Positions 9,876-20,316 are shown, counted from the stretch's first letter. The stretch is DNA of 64,000 bases from an uncultured delta proteobacterium (GCA_963826785.1 CAWGYD010000004.1:64001-128000), one strand, 5' to 3'. Translations and numbers: made by a program. Notes: generated by a model not told the origin, from the letters alone.

Positions 9876-10700
9876 TTGAATTTAGAAGGCAAAGTGGCTC
9901 TGGTGCTGGGCGCCATTCGGGGAATCGGTCGTTCAATTGCCCTGGCCCTGCTGGAAGAGGGGGTGCGGGTGGCCGCCAGCTACTTTGACTGGGAGGCGCA
10001 TCTGCCCCAAATGCAGGAGGCCTTTGCCCGCACCGGAACAGACCATCTGATCGCCGCAGCCGACCTGCGGGAGCAGGGGCAGGTGGCCGCGCTGGTCAAC
10101 CAGGTGATCGACCGCTTCGGCCGGATCGATATTCTGGTCAACAACATCGAGCGGGGCGGGTGGCCGGTGGTGCATGGCGCCTATACACCGGCCCAGTGGA
10201 ACCTGGAAATGGAAACCACCCTGCGGGCCAAGCACTGGGCCTTTGAGAGCGCCATTCCCCATCTTAAGGCCGCGAAGGACGCCTGCGTGATCAACCTGTC
10301 TTCCATCGCCGCCCTGGTGGGACGTTCCGGGCCGGCCGGCGTTGTGTTCAACGACGGGTATGCCGCCGCCAGCCGAGGGGTCTCGGCATTGACCGAGACC
10401 TGGGCGCGGGTGGGTGCCCCGGAAGTCCGGGTAAACGAGATCATGCTCGGCTTTTTCGAAACCCGGCATGCAGAATCCACCCGTGGCTGGGGAATGCTGA
10501 CAGAAGATCAGCGGCAGGCCATCCTGGACCACACCCTGATGGGGCGAACCGGAACAATTGACGATGTGGTCCGGATGACGCTGTTTCTGATCAAGGAGGC
10601 GGCATTCATGACCGGATCCGTCATCCGTCTGGACGGCGGGTATGTGCTGGGCGGCGACCGGACCGGGCCCCTGCCCGAAGGGGTGGAAAAAATATATTGA
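9876..10700 (+). CDS. Short-chain dehydrogenase/reductase, atypical active site
   Basis: KVALVLGAIRGIG, DILVNN, INLSS, FMTGSVIRLDGG; YxxxK is replaced by YAAAS. Confidence 0.88.
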   Translation: MNLEGKVALVLGAIRGIGRSIALALLEEGVRVAASYFDWEAHLPQMQEAFARTGTDHLIAAADLREQGQVAALVNQVIDRFGRIDILVNNIERGGWPVVHGAYTPAQWNLEMETTLRAKHWAFESAIPHLKAAKDACVINLSSIAALVGRSGPAGVVFNDGYAAASRGVSALTETWARVGAPEVRVNEIMLGFFETRHAESTRGWGMLTEDQRQAILDHTLMGRTGTIDDVVRMTLFLIKEAAFMTGSVIRLDGGYVLGGDRTGPLPEGVEKIY

Positions 10701-10924
10701 GGGGATGTTTGAATTTAAGGTCCAATGGATTGGAGTGACGAAGGTTTACTTCCTGTTCAACATGGGACCTGTATGAAGGCGCAAAGTCTCTGCGCCGTGT
10801 CATCCAACCTTAAAGGCGTCATCCATCGCCGGTTTTTCAGAAATACTGCGTTGATAAGCCGGATGCAATGCGTATATTGAACTTTCTTTTATCCGCCATA
10901 TAAACAACGAGGAGAACATATTAA

Positions 10925-11734
10925 ATGGATTTACCCGATCAGGCCATGGCGAGCATCTCGCCGGTTCAGCTAAGCGACGAAAGCCGATTCGAATTCAAAT
11001 GCCACAAGGGGCTGTCCTGTTTTACCAAATGCTGCCGGGGGATCGATATCATGCTGACCCCCTATGACATTGTCCGTCTGAAAAACCGGTTGCAGATGCC
11101 GTCCGATGAATTTCTGGCCATCTACACCCAGCCGCATCTGCTGGAAAAGACCGACCTGCCGGTGGTGACCCTAAAACTGCTGGATGATGATGAAAATTCA
11201 TGCCCATTTGTAAGAGACGACGGATGCATCGTCTATGAGGACCGGCCCACCACCTGTCGATATTATCCGCTGGGCGTGGCCTCCCTGAGCTATAAGGATC
11301 AGATGGACAAGGGGTTTTATTTTTTCGTGAACGAACCCCACTGCCTGGGGTTTACGGAAAAACAGCCCTGGACGGTGCGCGAATGGCGCCAGGACCAGGG
11401 GGTGGATGTCCGGGATGAAATCAATGCGCAATGGACCGATCTGATCGTCCGGAAGCGATCCATTCCGGCCAATATCCGGCTGACGGAAAAGACGAAGAAC
11501 ATGTTTTTCACCGCCAGCTATGATATCGACCGGTTCCGTCGATTCGTCTTCGAAAGCTCCTTTCTCAAGCTTTACGATATCGATGAAAAAACGCGGAAAG
11601 AAATCGCATCAGACGAAATCGCCCTGCTCCGGTTCAGTTTCCGATGGCTCAACTGGCTGTTGTACAAGGCCGGGGATTTCAAAATGAACGACCAGGAAGC
11701 AGCCCTCCGGAAAGAGCGGTCGAGAGCGGAATAA
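10925..11734 (+). CDS. YkgJ-family cysteine-cluster protein (paralog of 9142..9858)
   Basis: FKCHKGLSCFTKCC...LTPYDIVRLK...CPF...GCIVYEDRPTTCRYYP...HCLGF. Confidence 0.9.
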   Translation: MDLPDQAMASISPVQLSDESRFEFKCHKGLSCFTKCCRGIDIMLTPYDIVRLKNRLQMPSDEFLAIYTQPHLLEKTDLPVVTLKLLDDDENSCPFVRDDGCIVYEDRPTTCRYYPLGVASLSYKDQMDKGFYFFVNEPHCLGFTEKQPWTVREWRQDQGVDVRDEINAQWTDLIVRKRSIPANIRLTEKTKNMFFTASYDIDRFRRFVFESSFLKLYDIDEKTRKEIASDEIALLRFSFRWLNWLLYKAGDFKMNDQEAALRKERSRAE

Positions 11735-11805
11735 AGGGTGTGCGGCTGTACCATCGATCGTTTGCCGCTGATGCCGCACGGTTTGTGCGCATCAGTGGCA
11801 GTTGA

Positions 11806-12843
11806 TCAGTAGTCCGGGTATGCCAGATTTTCCCAGTTGGCGGGGGTATTGAGCCGCTTTTCGATGTCGATGCCGAAGAAATCAGCGGCCGGTGTCAGTA
11901 TGCCAGGATCGGCGGCATGCACCCGGCGCAGCGCATCGAGGATGGTGTCGATGCCGTTTGCGGTCATTTTTCCCAGGGGCTGCCGGCAGGCGCCGGAGGG
12001 CATGCCCATGATCCGCATCAGGGTCTTGACCGGCAGGGGATTTCGCGCCCGGCAGGCCACCTCTCCAAACGGGGTATTCTCGCGGGTTTTGACCGTCACC
12101 AGGTCAAACAGCGGGGCCATGGCCATAGCGATTTTTTCAGCGTCTGCGGCATTCCCGCTGATCAGCAGATTCACCATCTCCGCAACGGCTTTCGGCGCGA
12201 TGTTGGACATGACCGAAATCACACCGGCGGCATTGATGCCCGGATCGGTCATCATCTTAAAGGTGATGGCGTCATCTCCGGACAGGATGGTAAAATCCGG
12301 CCCGCAGCAGGTCCGGGTTCGCCGCATGTTGTCCATGTTGCCGGTGGCTTCCTTCACCGCAGAGACATTGTCAAACTGATCCGCCAGGAGGGCCAGGTCC
12401 TCGGGAAGCAGCTGGGCGCCGGTCCGGCCGGGGATCACGTAGGGGATCACCGGGGTGTCGGGGAAACGACTGGCCACCGGCGAGATGTATTCCCTGCGGA
12501 TCTCCAGGGAACTGGGTCCATTATAATACGGATCCACCAGGAGGATGCCGTCGATGCCGGATTTGACCGCCTGGGCGGTTGCAGCCAGGGTTTCGGCCGT
12601 GTTGTTGCTTCCGGTGCCGGCGATGCACATACACCGGCCCCGGGTTTTGGCCGCGATCTCGGAAATCACCCGATGGTGTTCCTCCCAATTGAGGGTAGGG
12701 CTCTCCCCGGTGGTGCCCACCGCCAGTATTCCGGTGATCTGATTTTCCATCTGGAAGTGCACCAGCTTTTCCAGTCCGGCGTAATCAACGGCACCTTCCC
12801 CGGTAAAAGGCGTGATCAGTGCGGTGTAACATCCGGCTTGCAT
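11806..12843 (-). CDS. dapA: 4-hydroxy-tetrahydrodipicolinate synthase
   Basis: TALITPF, GTTGESPTL, GTGSNNT, Schiff-base VKEATG, LSGDD. Confidence 0.9.
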   Translation of the reverse strand: MQAGCYTALITPFTGEGAVDYAGLEKLVHFQMENQITGILAVGTTGESPTLNWEEHHRVISEIAAKTRGRCMCIAGTGSNNTAETLAATAQAVKSGIDGILLVDPYYNGPSSLEIRREYISPVASRFPDTPVIPYVIPGRTGAQLLPEDLALLADQFDNVSAVKEATGNMDNMRRTRTCCGPDFTILSGDDAITFKMMTDPGINAAGVISVMSNIAPKAVAEMVNLLISGNAADAEKIAMAMAPLFDLVTVKTRENTPFGEVACRARNPLPVKTLMRIMGMPSGACRQPLGKMTANGIDTILDALRRVHAADPGILTPAADFFGIDIEKRLNTPANWENLAYPDY

Positions 12844-13078
12844 AAATCCTCCTCTTCATTTCGCATTTGCGCAAATTTTCCTTAAATTACTAAGGAAAAG
12901 GACGTATGTTGTCAATTAAAAAACCAGGAATACCGGCTTTTTCGATCAATCACGCCCGGCGGCCCATCCGGTATCCGGAACATCGCAGCGGCCTCCCCGA
13001 TTTTCCTTGACATTGGGGGTGCCCTTTTTTAATTTTGTTTTTTTTAAATGACTTGAACCTTAATCGAAGGATAAGAAT

Positions 13079-13699
13079 ATGTCAGAATCCAGAAGCCTGG
13101 AAGAATATATCGCTGTTCAGAGACATGCGATTTCCCAGAATCCCGACTGCGGCATGACCCATTACAATCTGGCCACCGCACTGCTGAACCAGCGGAAATA
13201 TGATGAGGCCGAAGCTGAATTCAAAGAGGCCATCGGGTGCAGTCCGAACCTTGCCGAAGCCTATGTTCAGCTGGGCGGAATCTGCCTTCAGCGCGGTGAC
13301 CTGGAGGGATGCCTGAAATACAATGAGCAGAGCATCCATGCCCGCCCCCGGTTTGCCGAAGGATACGGCAACATCGGATTTGTCCATCTGCAGATGGGCA
13401 ACGTGGAAAAGGCCATTGAATACCTGATCAAGGCCGTCAAATTCAATGAGATATACATCCAGGCCTATGCCACCCTGGCCAATGCCTACCTGTTTGACGG
13501 CCAGGTGGACAAGAGCATCGAAACCAACCTCAAGGTTCTTGAAATCGATTCGAATTTTGCTGTGGCCCATCACAACCTGGCCATCGGCTATATGGAGAAA
13601 AAGGATGCCGCCGCAGCACGAATTCATTGCAAAAAAGCGCAGGAGCTGGGCTATGCGGTGCCCGCCGAAATCATCGAGGAAATTGAGCGGATGGAATAA
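13079..13699 (+). CDS. Tetratricopeptide-repeat protein
   Basis: Several ~34-aa TPR units (HYNLA, YVQLG, YGNIG, YATLA, HHNLA). Confidence 0.9.
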   Translation: MSESRSLEEYIAVQRHAISQNPDCGMTHYNLATALLNQRKYDEAEAEFKEAIGCSPNLAEAYVQLGGICLQRGDLEGCLKYNEQSIHARPRFAEGYGNIGFVHLQMGNVEKAIEYLIKAVKFNEIYIQAYATLANAYLFDGQVDKSIETNLKVLEIDSNFAVAHHNLAIGYMEKKDAAAARIHCKKAQELGYAVPAEIIEEIERME

Positions 13700-13784
13700 T
13701 GACGGATGGGCAAGCGCCTGTGTCAAGCCGCGCCCGTTTTCGCCCGGAAGATGTTTCCGGTGCGGTAACTGAATATGAATTCTG

Positions 13785-13813
13785 TTGACAAAGACCGACA
13801 TTGATTTTATAAA
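13785..13813 (+). promoter_or_regulatory. Sigma70 promoter of dsrAB
   Basis: TTGACA-N17-TATAAA, about 130 nt before the GGGAGG RBS of dsrA. Confidence 0.6.
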
Positions 13814-13946
13814 ATCTTTTTCCTGTTCTTGTAAATGGGTACATCTGTTCAGGATTTCTTGCGACAGCAAGCAGATATATGCACCAGATCACATCATGTG
13901 AAAATGACGGGTAGATCTAATTTCTTAATTTAAAGGGAGGTAAACA

Positions 13947-15266
13947 ATGGCGAAACACAAAACCCCCTTGCTGGACCAGCTGGAGAGCGGTCCGTGGCCG
14001 AGCTTTGTGTCCGACATGAAGCAGGAAGCCGCAGCAAGGGCAAAGAATGAGAAGAATGTTGAATATCAGGTCCCTGTTGATGTTGTCGATGACCTGCTGG
14101 GTGTGCTTGAGCTTTCTTACAAGGACGGCACCACCCATTGGAAGCACGGCGGTATCGTGGGCGTGTTCGGTTACGGCGGCGGCGTTATCGGCCGCTACTG
14201 CGACCAGCCGGAGCAGTTCCCCGGCGTGGCCCATTTCCACACCATCCGGGTCAACCAGCCGGCGGCAAAATTTTACACCACCGAATACCTGAAGCAGCTC
14301 TGCGACCTCTGGGAATTCCGGGGCAGCGGGCTGACCAACATGCACGGCTCCACCGGGGACATCATCCTCCTGGGAACCCAGACCAAGCAGCTGGAAGAAA
14401 TTTTTTATGAGTTGACCCACACGTACAATCAGGATCTGGGCGGCTCCGGCTCCAACCTGCGGACCCCAGCCGACTGTATCGGCGAAGCCCGCTGCGAATA
14501 CGCCTGCTACGATACCCAGGATCTGTGCCATACCCTGACCAACGAATACCAGGATGAACTCCACCGTCCGGCATTCCCCTACAAGTTCAAGTTCAAGTTC
14601 GATGGATGCCCCAACTGCTGCGTGGCCTCCATCGCCCGGTCAGACATGTCCTTCATCGGTACATGGAAGGATGAGATCCGGATCGATCAGGACGCGGTGC
14701 AGGGCTACGTAAACGGCGAATTCAAGCCCAACGCCGGCGCCCACTCGGGCCGCGACTGGGGTGCGTTCGACATCCAGAAGGAAGTCATCGGCCTTTGCCC
14801 CACCGAGTGCATGAAGTACGAAAATGGCAAGCTGGAGATCAACAACAAGGAATGCACCCGCTGCATGCACTGCATCAACGCGATGCCCCGCGCCCTGCGC
14901 CCGGGCAAGCAGAAAGGTCTTTCCATCCTCTGCGGCGCCAAAGCCCCCATCCTGGACGGCGCTCAGATGGGATCGCTGGTGGTTCCCTTTGTTGAAGTCA
15001 ACAAGGAAAGCGGCTATCAGGAAATCAAGGACGTCATCGAAGCCGTATGGGACTACTGGATGGAAGAAGGCAAGAACCGCGAGCGTCTGGGCGAACTGAT
15101 GAAGCGCCAGGGATTCCAGAAACTTCTGGAAGCCACGGGCATTCAGCCGATGCCGCAGCACGTGCAGGAACCGCGGCATAACCCGTACATCTTCTGGAAG
15201 GAAGACGAGGTCGAAGGCGGCTGGGAGCGGGATGTGAACGAATTCAGAAAACATCATCAGCGATAA
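13947..15266 (+). CDS. dsrA: Dissimilatory sulfite reductase alpha subunit
   Basis: TPLLDQLESGPWPSFV, THWKHGGIVGV, siroheme motifs CIGEARC and FDGCPNCC, KAPILDG. Confidence 0.99.
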   Translation: MAKHKTPLLDQLESGPWPSFVSDMKQEAAARAKNEKNVEYQVPVDVVDDLLGVLELSYKDGTTHWKHGGIVGVFGYGGGVIGRYCDQPEQFPGVAHFHTIRVNQPAAKFYTTEYLKQLCDLWEFRGSGLTNMHGSTGDIILLGTQTKQLEEIFYELTHTYNQDLGGSGSNLRTPADCIGEARCEYACYDTQDLCHTLTNEYQDELHRPAFPYKFKFKFDGCPNCCVASIARSDMSFIGTWKDEIRIDQDAVQGYVNGEFKPNAGAHSGRDWGAFDIQKEVIGLCPTECMKYENGKLEINNKECTRCMHCINAMPRALRPGKQKGLSILCGAKAPILDGAQMGSLVVPFVEVNKESGYQEIKDVIEAVWDYWMEEGKNRERLGELMKRQGFQKLLEATGIQPMPQHVQEPRHNPYIFWKEDEVEGGWERDVNEFRKHHQR

Positions 15267-15281
15267 TAGGGGGTTAATATA

Positions 15282-16428
15282 ATGGCTTTTATATCTTCTG
15301 GTTATAATCCGGAAAAACCGATGGAGGACCGGATTACCGACATCGGTCCGAGAAGTTTTGAGGAGTTTTATCCTCCGGTCATCAAGAACAACAAGGGAAA
15401 ATGGTTGTACCATGAAATCCTGAAACCAGGGGTACTGGTCCATGTTTCCGAGACCGGCGAAGAAGTTTATACCGTAAGAGTGCGGCGGCGCCCGTCTGAT
15501 GAGCGTCACCCATATCCGTGAAATCTGCGAAATCGCGGACAAACACTGCGACGGGTATGTCCGGTTCACCACCCGTAACAACATCGAGTTCATGGTGGAC
15601 AGCAAGGACAAGGTCGACCCGCTGGTCAAGGACCTGGAAAGCCGCAAGTTTGACGGCGGCAGTTTCAAGTTCCCCGTGGGCGGCACCGGCGCCGGCATCA
15701 CCAACATCGTTCACACCCAGGGCTGGATTCACTGCCACACCCCGGCCACCGATGCTTCGGGTCCGGTGAAGGCGGCCATGGACGTGCTGTTCGAAGATTT
15801 CCAGAACATGAGAATGCCGGCCCACGTCCGGGTTTCCCTGGCCTGCTGCCTCAACATGTGCGGCGCGGTGCACTGCTCCGATATCGCCATCCTGGGATAT
15901 CACCGCAAACCGCCGATGGTCGACCATGCGTACCTGGACAACATGTGTGAAATTCCGCTGGCCATCGCCGCATGCCCCACCGCAGCCATCAAGCCCAAGA
16001 AGGTCGACGTGGACGGCAAGCAGAAGAACAGCGTGGAAATCAACAGCGAACGGTGCATGTTCTGCGGTAACTGCTACACCATGTGCCCGGCGCTTCCGCT
16101 TTCGGACAAGGAAGGCGACGGCATCGTCATCATGGTCGGCGGCAAGGTTTCCAACCGGATTTCGGCACCGAAATTTTCCAAGGTGGCGGTGGCGTTTATC
16201 CCCAACGAAACCCCGAGATGGCCGAAAACCACCGACACCATCAAGCACATCGTGGAAGCCTACGCCAATGATGCCCGGAAATACGAGCGTCTGGGTGATT
16301 GGGCCGAACGGATCGGCTGGGAAAGATTCTTCGACAAGACCAATCTGGAATTTACCCATCACCTGATCGATGACTTCCGTGATCCGGCCTATTATACCTG
16401 GCGCCAGACCACCAACTTCAAATTCTAA
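15282..16428 (+). CDS. dsrB: Dissimilatory sulfite reductase beta subunit, interrupted by a +1 frameshift at ~15480
   Basis: [10 protein letters not shown]...RITDIGP joins [10 protein letters not shown]...HTQGWIHCH...CCLNMCG...[12 protein letters not shown] if one G is removed from AGA-G-TGC-GGC-GGC-GCC; the repaired protein is 381 aa. Confidence 0.95.
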
Positions 16429-16442
16429 ATTTATATCAATTC

Positions 16443-16468
16443 GCGGGGGCACCTCAGGGTGCCCCCGC
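16443..16468 (+). other. Perfect 11-bp GC hairpin between dsrB and dsrD
   Basis: GCGGGGGCACC-TCAG-GGTGCCCCCGC with no U tract. Confidence 0.75.
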
Positions 16469-16496
16469 TCAATGGCAGTTCGAAAAGGATGTCACC

Positions 16497-16736
16497 ATGG
16501 AATACGAAGAGGCGAAACAGAAGGTCATCGATGAGCTGACCAAGAAATCCAAATCAAAGTCCAAATTTTACTTCAATGACCTGTCCAAGATTCTGGAAGC
16601 CAAGCCCCGGGATGCCAAGAAAATTGTCAATCAGATGGTAAGCGAAGGCATCCTGGAATACTGGTCGAGCGGAAGCACCACCATGTACGGTCTGAAGGGC
16701 CAGGGTAAACAGGCTGCCGCCGAACACGAAGAATAA
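16497..16736 (+). CDS. dsrD: Dissimilatory sulfite reductase D
   Basis: KSKFYFNDL...LEYWSSGSTTMYGLKG; directly after dsrB. Confidence 0.96.
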   Translation: MEYEEAKQKVIDELTKKSKSKSKFYFNDLSKILEAKPRDAKKIVNQMVSEGILEYWSSGSTTMYGLKGQGKQAAAEHEE

Positions 16737-16877
16737 CGGCATCTTTAAAATCTCATCTACTGCGTTGAAGTTGTTCTCTTTCCAGATTCAGGCGTGCATT
16801 CATGCCTTTGCAAGTCAATGATCACGGCGCATCGTATGTGGGCTTTTAATTCAGCCCTATTTTCATTATTTTAATTT

Positions 16878-18317
16878 ATGCAGAATGCCCGCATCGATAT
16901 CCCCCGGGTCACCATCGCCGCATTGCGGGGCGGATCCGGAAAGACTGTTCTGTCGATCGGGATCATCGCCGCATTTACCCAGCAGGGTAAAACGGTCGCT
17001 CCCTTCAAGAAGGGCCCTGATTATATAGATGCCGGCTGGCTGGCCCTTGCGGCCGGCCGGCCCTGCTACAATCTGGACACCTTCATGGTGGCGGAACCCG
17101 CCGTCTGCCACTCCTTCATTTCCCATTCCGCCGATGCCGATATTGCCGTTATCGAAGGCAATCGCGGGCTGTACGACGGACTGGATGCCGATGGCACCAC
17201 CAGCACCGCCTCACTTGCCAAACTGATCAATTCGCCCGTTATTTTATGCCTCGACTGCACCAAGTCCACCCGGACCATGGCCGCAGTCGTACTCGGATGC
17301 CTTCATTTTGATCCGGAGGTGACCATCGAGGGGGTTATTTTAAACCGGATCGCGGGCAGCCGTCACGAGCAGGTCCTTCGGGCAAGCATCGAAACCCATT
17401 GCGGTGTAAAGGTGATCGGCGCCGTCCCCAAGTTGAGCGCGGGCGATTTTCCCGAGCGGCATATGGGTCTGATTCCCACCCCCGAGCATCAGCTGGCGAA
17501 CCGGTCGGTGGAAAATGCCGCCAGAATTGTCTCCAATCACGTGGATGTCCCCGAGGTTCTGCGCATTGCCGCCAAATGGGGGAAATCACCCGTTGCCTGC
17601 CCGCCCCGAAGTGATGCCCGCTTTTCCATTTCATCGGATCATGTTCCCGAAAAAAGCGATACCGCAGGCCGTCCCAAAATCGGCGTGATCCGGGATTCCG
17701 CTTTTCAGTTTTACTATCCGGACAATATCGAGGCCATCATCGCCGCCGGCGGAGAGGTCGTCCCGGTGAGTCCGCTGAAGGATCAGGGGCTCCCCGATGT
17801 CGATGCGCTGTATATCGGCGGCGGATTTCCCGAGACGCATGCCCGGATTCTGAGCGAGAACAGCAGATTCCGCAATGAGCTGAAATCCGCGGCGGATAAC
17901 GGAATGCCGATATATGCGGAATGCGGCGGCTTGATGTTTCTGGGAGAATCGCTCGTTTTAGACGAATCGTATCCCATGACCGGCGTCCTGCCGGTGGTGT
18001 TCGGATTTTCCAAAAAGCCCCAGGGCCACGGATATACCATCATCAGCGTGAATCGGGACAACCCGTATTACCGGAAGGGGACCATACTCAAGGGGCACGA
18101 ATTCCATTATTCTCATGTCCTTGAGTGGAAGGGGGATGCCGGGGACCTGGTGTTTACGCTTTCCAAGGGGCGGGGAATTTCCGGAAACCGGGACGGGTTC
18201 TGCCGCAAAAATGTGCTGGCGACCTATTCCCATATCCATGCACTGGGTGTACCCGACTGGGCGGATCGCTTGGTGAAACTGGCCGGAGGGCATGATCCGG
18301 GGGCAAAAGATCAATAA
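16878..18317 (+). CDS. dsrN: Cobyrinate a,c-diamide synthase-like siroheme amidase
   Basis: GGSGKT, FKKGPDYID, EGNRGLYDG, ERHMGL, AECGGLM, GHEFHYS; follows dsrD. Confidence 0.88.
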   Translation: MQNARIDIPRVTIAALRGGSGKTVLSIGIIAAFTQQGKTVAPFKKGPDYIDAGWLALAAGRPCYNLDTFMVAEPAVCHSFISHSADADIAVIEGNRGLYDGLDADGTTSTASLAKLINSPVILCLDCTKSTRTMAAVVLGCLHFDPEVTIEGVILNRIAGSRHEQVLRASIETHCGVKVIGAVPKLSAGDFPERHMGLIPTPEHQLANRSVENAARIVSNHVDVPEVLRIAAKWGKSPVACPPRSDARFSISSDHVPEKSDTAGRPKIGVIRDSAFQFYYPDNIEAIIAAGGEVVPVSPLKDQGLPDVDALYIGGGFPETHARILSENSRFRNELKSAADNGMPIYAECGGLMFLGESLVLDESYPMTGVLPVVFGFSKKPQGHGYTIISVNRDNPYYRKGTILKGHEFHYSHVLEWKGDAGDLVFTLSKGRGISGNRDGFCRKNVLATYSHIHALGVPDWADRLVKLAGGHDPGAKDQ

Positions 18318-18344
18318 CTGACGGGTCTCATGTGATCAAAAGAA

Positions 18345-18382
18345 AAAGCCGGACGCACGATGTTTCTCGCGCGTCCGGCTTT
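18345..18382 (-). terminator. Intrinsic terminator between convergent dsrN and cytochrome c3
   Basis: AAAGCCGGACGC...GCGTCCGGCTTT inverted repeat with flanking A/T runs. Confidence 0.7.
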
Positions 18383-18408
18383 GCTGTTTTAATGGAAGTT
18401 ACGGCTCG

Positions 18409-18921
18409 TTATTTTTCCGGTTTGGGGTGGCATTCGGTGCACTTGACCGGCCCCTTTTTCATTTCCTTGTGGCATCCCACGCAGTTTTCATGGATGGCGC
18501 CGTAATAATATTCCAATTGAATCGACTTCCAGTCTTCCGGAGAAACACCCGGCTCCCGTTTGGGTTTTCCGGGTTCGCTGTGGCAGTCCGTGCATTTTTC
18601 CACCGGATCACCGGGTTTGAGGCCGGTCAGCGGTTTACCGTCTGCATCGTGGTGGCAGTCCCCGCAACCAAGGCCGTACCCCTCGGGCTTTGGGGCATAG
18701 TGTTTTTCATGATGGAACGTCACAATCCCCATTTTGTGCTGTTCGAACATGTCCGTGTTTTTCATCTCAATGACCGCGCTCGGCAGGGCGGCGTCGCCGG
18801 ATGCGGCGGCGGATTCTCCGGCGGGCTTCTGGCCTTCTTCTTGCGCGTTGATGGCCGCTGCAAAACAGAACAGAGCAAAAACTGCAAGCGCCAGCAGTAA
18901 GAGTTTCCGTTTTGATGTCAT
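18409..18921 (-). CDS. Periplasmic tetraheme cytochrome c3 (class III)
   Basis: Signal peptide, VTFHHEKH, heme motifs CGDCHH, CTDCH, CVGCH, CTECH. Confidence 0.93.
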   Translation of the reverse strand: MTSKRKLLLLALAVFALFCFAAAINAQEEGQKPAGESAAASGDAALPSAVIEMKNTDMFEQHKMGIVTFHHEKHYAPKPEGYGLGCGDCHHDADGKPLTGLKPGDPVEKCTDCHSEPGKPKREPGVSPEDWKSIQLEYYYGAIHENCVGCHKEMKKGPVKCTECHPKPEK

Positions 18922-19061
18922 TTCAAATACCTCCCTTCGTTGATGTTTATATGAATGAATGTTTCAATAATTAGCATGTTGTCTTCAAACGGAAAAAATA
19001 CCAGCAAAGAATTGCTTTGTCAAAAAAAAACAAAAATATTTATGATCCGGTCATTTCATTC

Positions 19062-19502
19062 TTAATGCTTGATAATCTCGGGCCTGGAGTTTTTTAGATG
19101 ATCCCGGATATCCATAATGAAGGGATTGACAAAACGGCTTCTCCAGGAAGGGGCGATTTCATATATGAAATTGAATTCATAAAGGGCTTTGTGCCACTGC
19201 CGTTTCCGATAATATGCCTGCCCCAGATACCAGTGGGCAAAGAGTTCTCCCGGGTATTGACTGATGCGCTCCTGGGCCAGTTCGACCATGCCGTCAAGAT
19301 CATTGACATTGAGCAGATGGCGGGCCTTGAACTTGAATTCATTGGCCGACTCCTCCGATCTGAACGCTTTTCGCATATCGACAAACAGGTAGATGATCAC
19401 TCCCAACCCGAAGCTGATGACGGCCAGCATTAGGAAGATAAGCCATTTGACATGGACCATCTGGCCGGTCAGCATGTTCATTGAAGTCTGCAACGGGTCC
19501 AT
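19062..19502 (-). CDS. Membrane-anchored TPR-like hypothetical protein
   Basis: One TM helix, then AHWYLGQAYY...ALYEF TPR-like helices. Confidence 0.7.
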   Translation of the reverse strand: MDPLQTSMNMLTGQMVHVKWLIFLMLAVISFGLGVIIYLFVDMRKAFRSEESANEFKFKARHLLNVNDLDGMVELAQERISQYPGELFAHWYLGQAYYRKRQWHKALYEFNFIYEIAPSWRSRFVNPFIMDIRDHLKNSRPEIIKH

Positions 19503-19775
19503 AGGGTATCAAAATCCTCGCATCTGAGATCTATAATTATGGATTGAGGTGCTATTTCGTTCCGCTCAACATTATCAGCATCCACGGCGGCCAAATCAAA
19601 TCGAGATCCCTTCAAGGTCGATCCTTTAATGAAATTTCCGGGATTTATCCCGCCGATGAAATTTTTTTCAGACCATGGGAGGGATTTATTTTGGAAAAAA
19701 TCTCAGTGTAAAATAAAATGATGCCGAAAACCGGCGCTTTCCTGATAACCGAAAAAGGGATTGCAAAAAATTCTT

Positions 19776-20201
19776 ATGAAAAAACATTTGCTTGAGATCA
19801 GTTTCCACGACGGCAGCGGCTACATGCCCCTGGTTGACTTCGATGAATGGCGGGTCGCCATGTTGAACTTCAGCCATGACCTGCTGCCGGAAAATATCAG
19901 ATCCATGCAGCGGCATAATGACACCGATGAGGTATTCGTTTTGCTTCAGGGAAAATGCATTCTGTTTGTTGCAGACGGCACAGCTTCGGCAGGGGCGATA
20001 TACGCAGAAGATATGGAACCGCTGAAGGGGTATAACGTGAAAAAGGGCGTCTGGCACTCCCATGTCCTGAGCCCGGACGCCCGGGTGCTGATCGTTGAAA
20101 ACCGGGACACGACCTATGACAATTCCCCTTTCTGCGACCTGGATGCTTCGCAGCGAAAATTTATGGCAGAGAGCGTCCGGAAATTTTGGGAGCAAGAGTG
20201 A
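19776..20201 (+). CDS. Cupin-fold hypothetical protein (ureidoglycolate-lyase-like); start may be TTG 19761
   Basis: RHNDTDEVFVLLQG and YNVKKGVWH cupin motifs. Confidence 0.7.
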   Translation: MKKHLLEISFHDGSGYMPLVDFDEWRVAMLNFSHDLLPENIRSMQRHNDTDEVFVLLQGKCILFVADGTASAGAIYAEDMEPLKGYNVKKGVWHSHVLSPDARVLIVENRDTTYDNSPFCDLDASQRKFMAESVRKFWEQE

Positions 20202-20316
20202 AACGCAGGAAAGACTTTTTCGGCCTAAGGGCTTTCTGGCAATTTTTCGATCTCCAGAAAATATCGCCGTGCCTGGCGATGAAAAATTCCTGCGTCCGTT
20301 CGGGCGCAAAAACAAA

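Noticed and set aside
13889..13901. Palindrome TCACAT-C-ATGTGA in the dsrA leader as a Rex site
   Set aside because: Arm orientation and spacing do not match TTGTGAA-N4-TTCACAA; single occurrence
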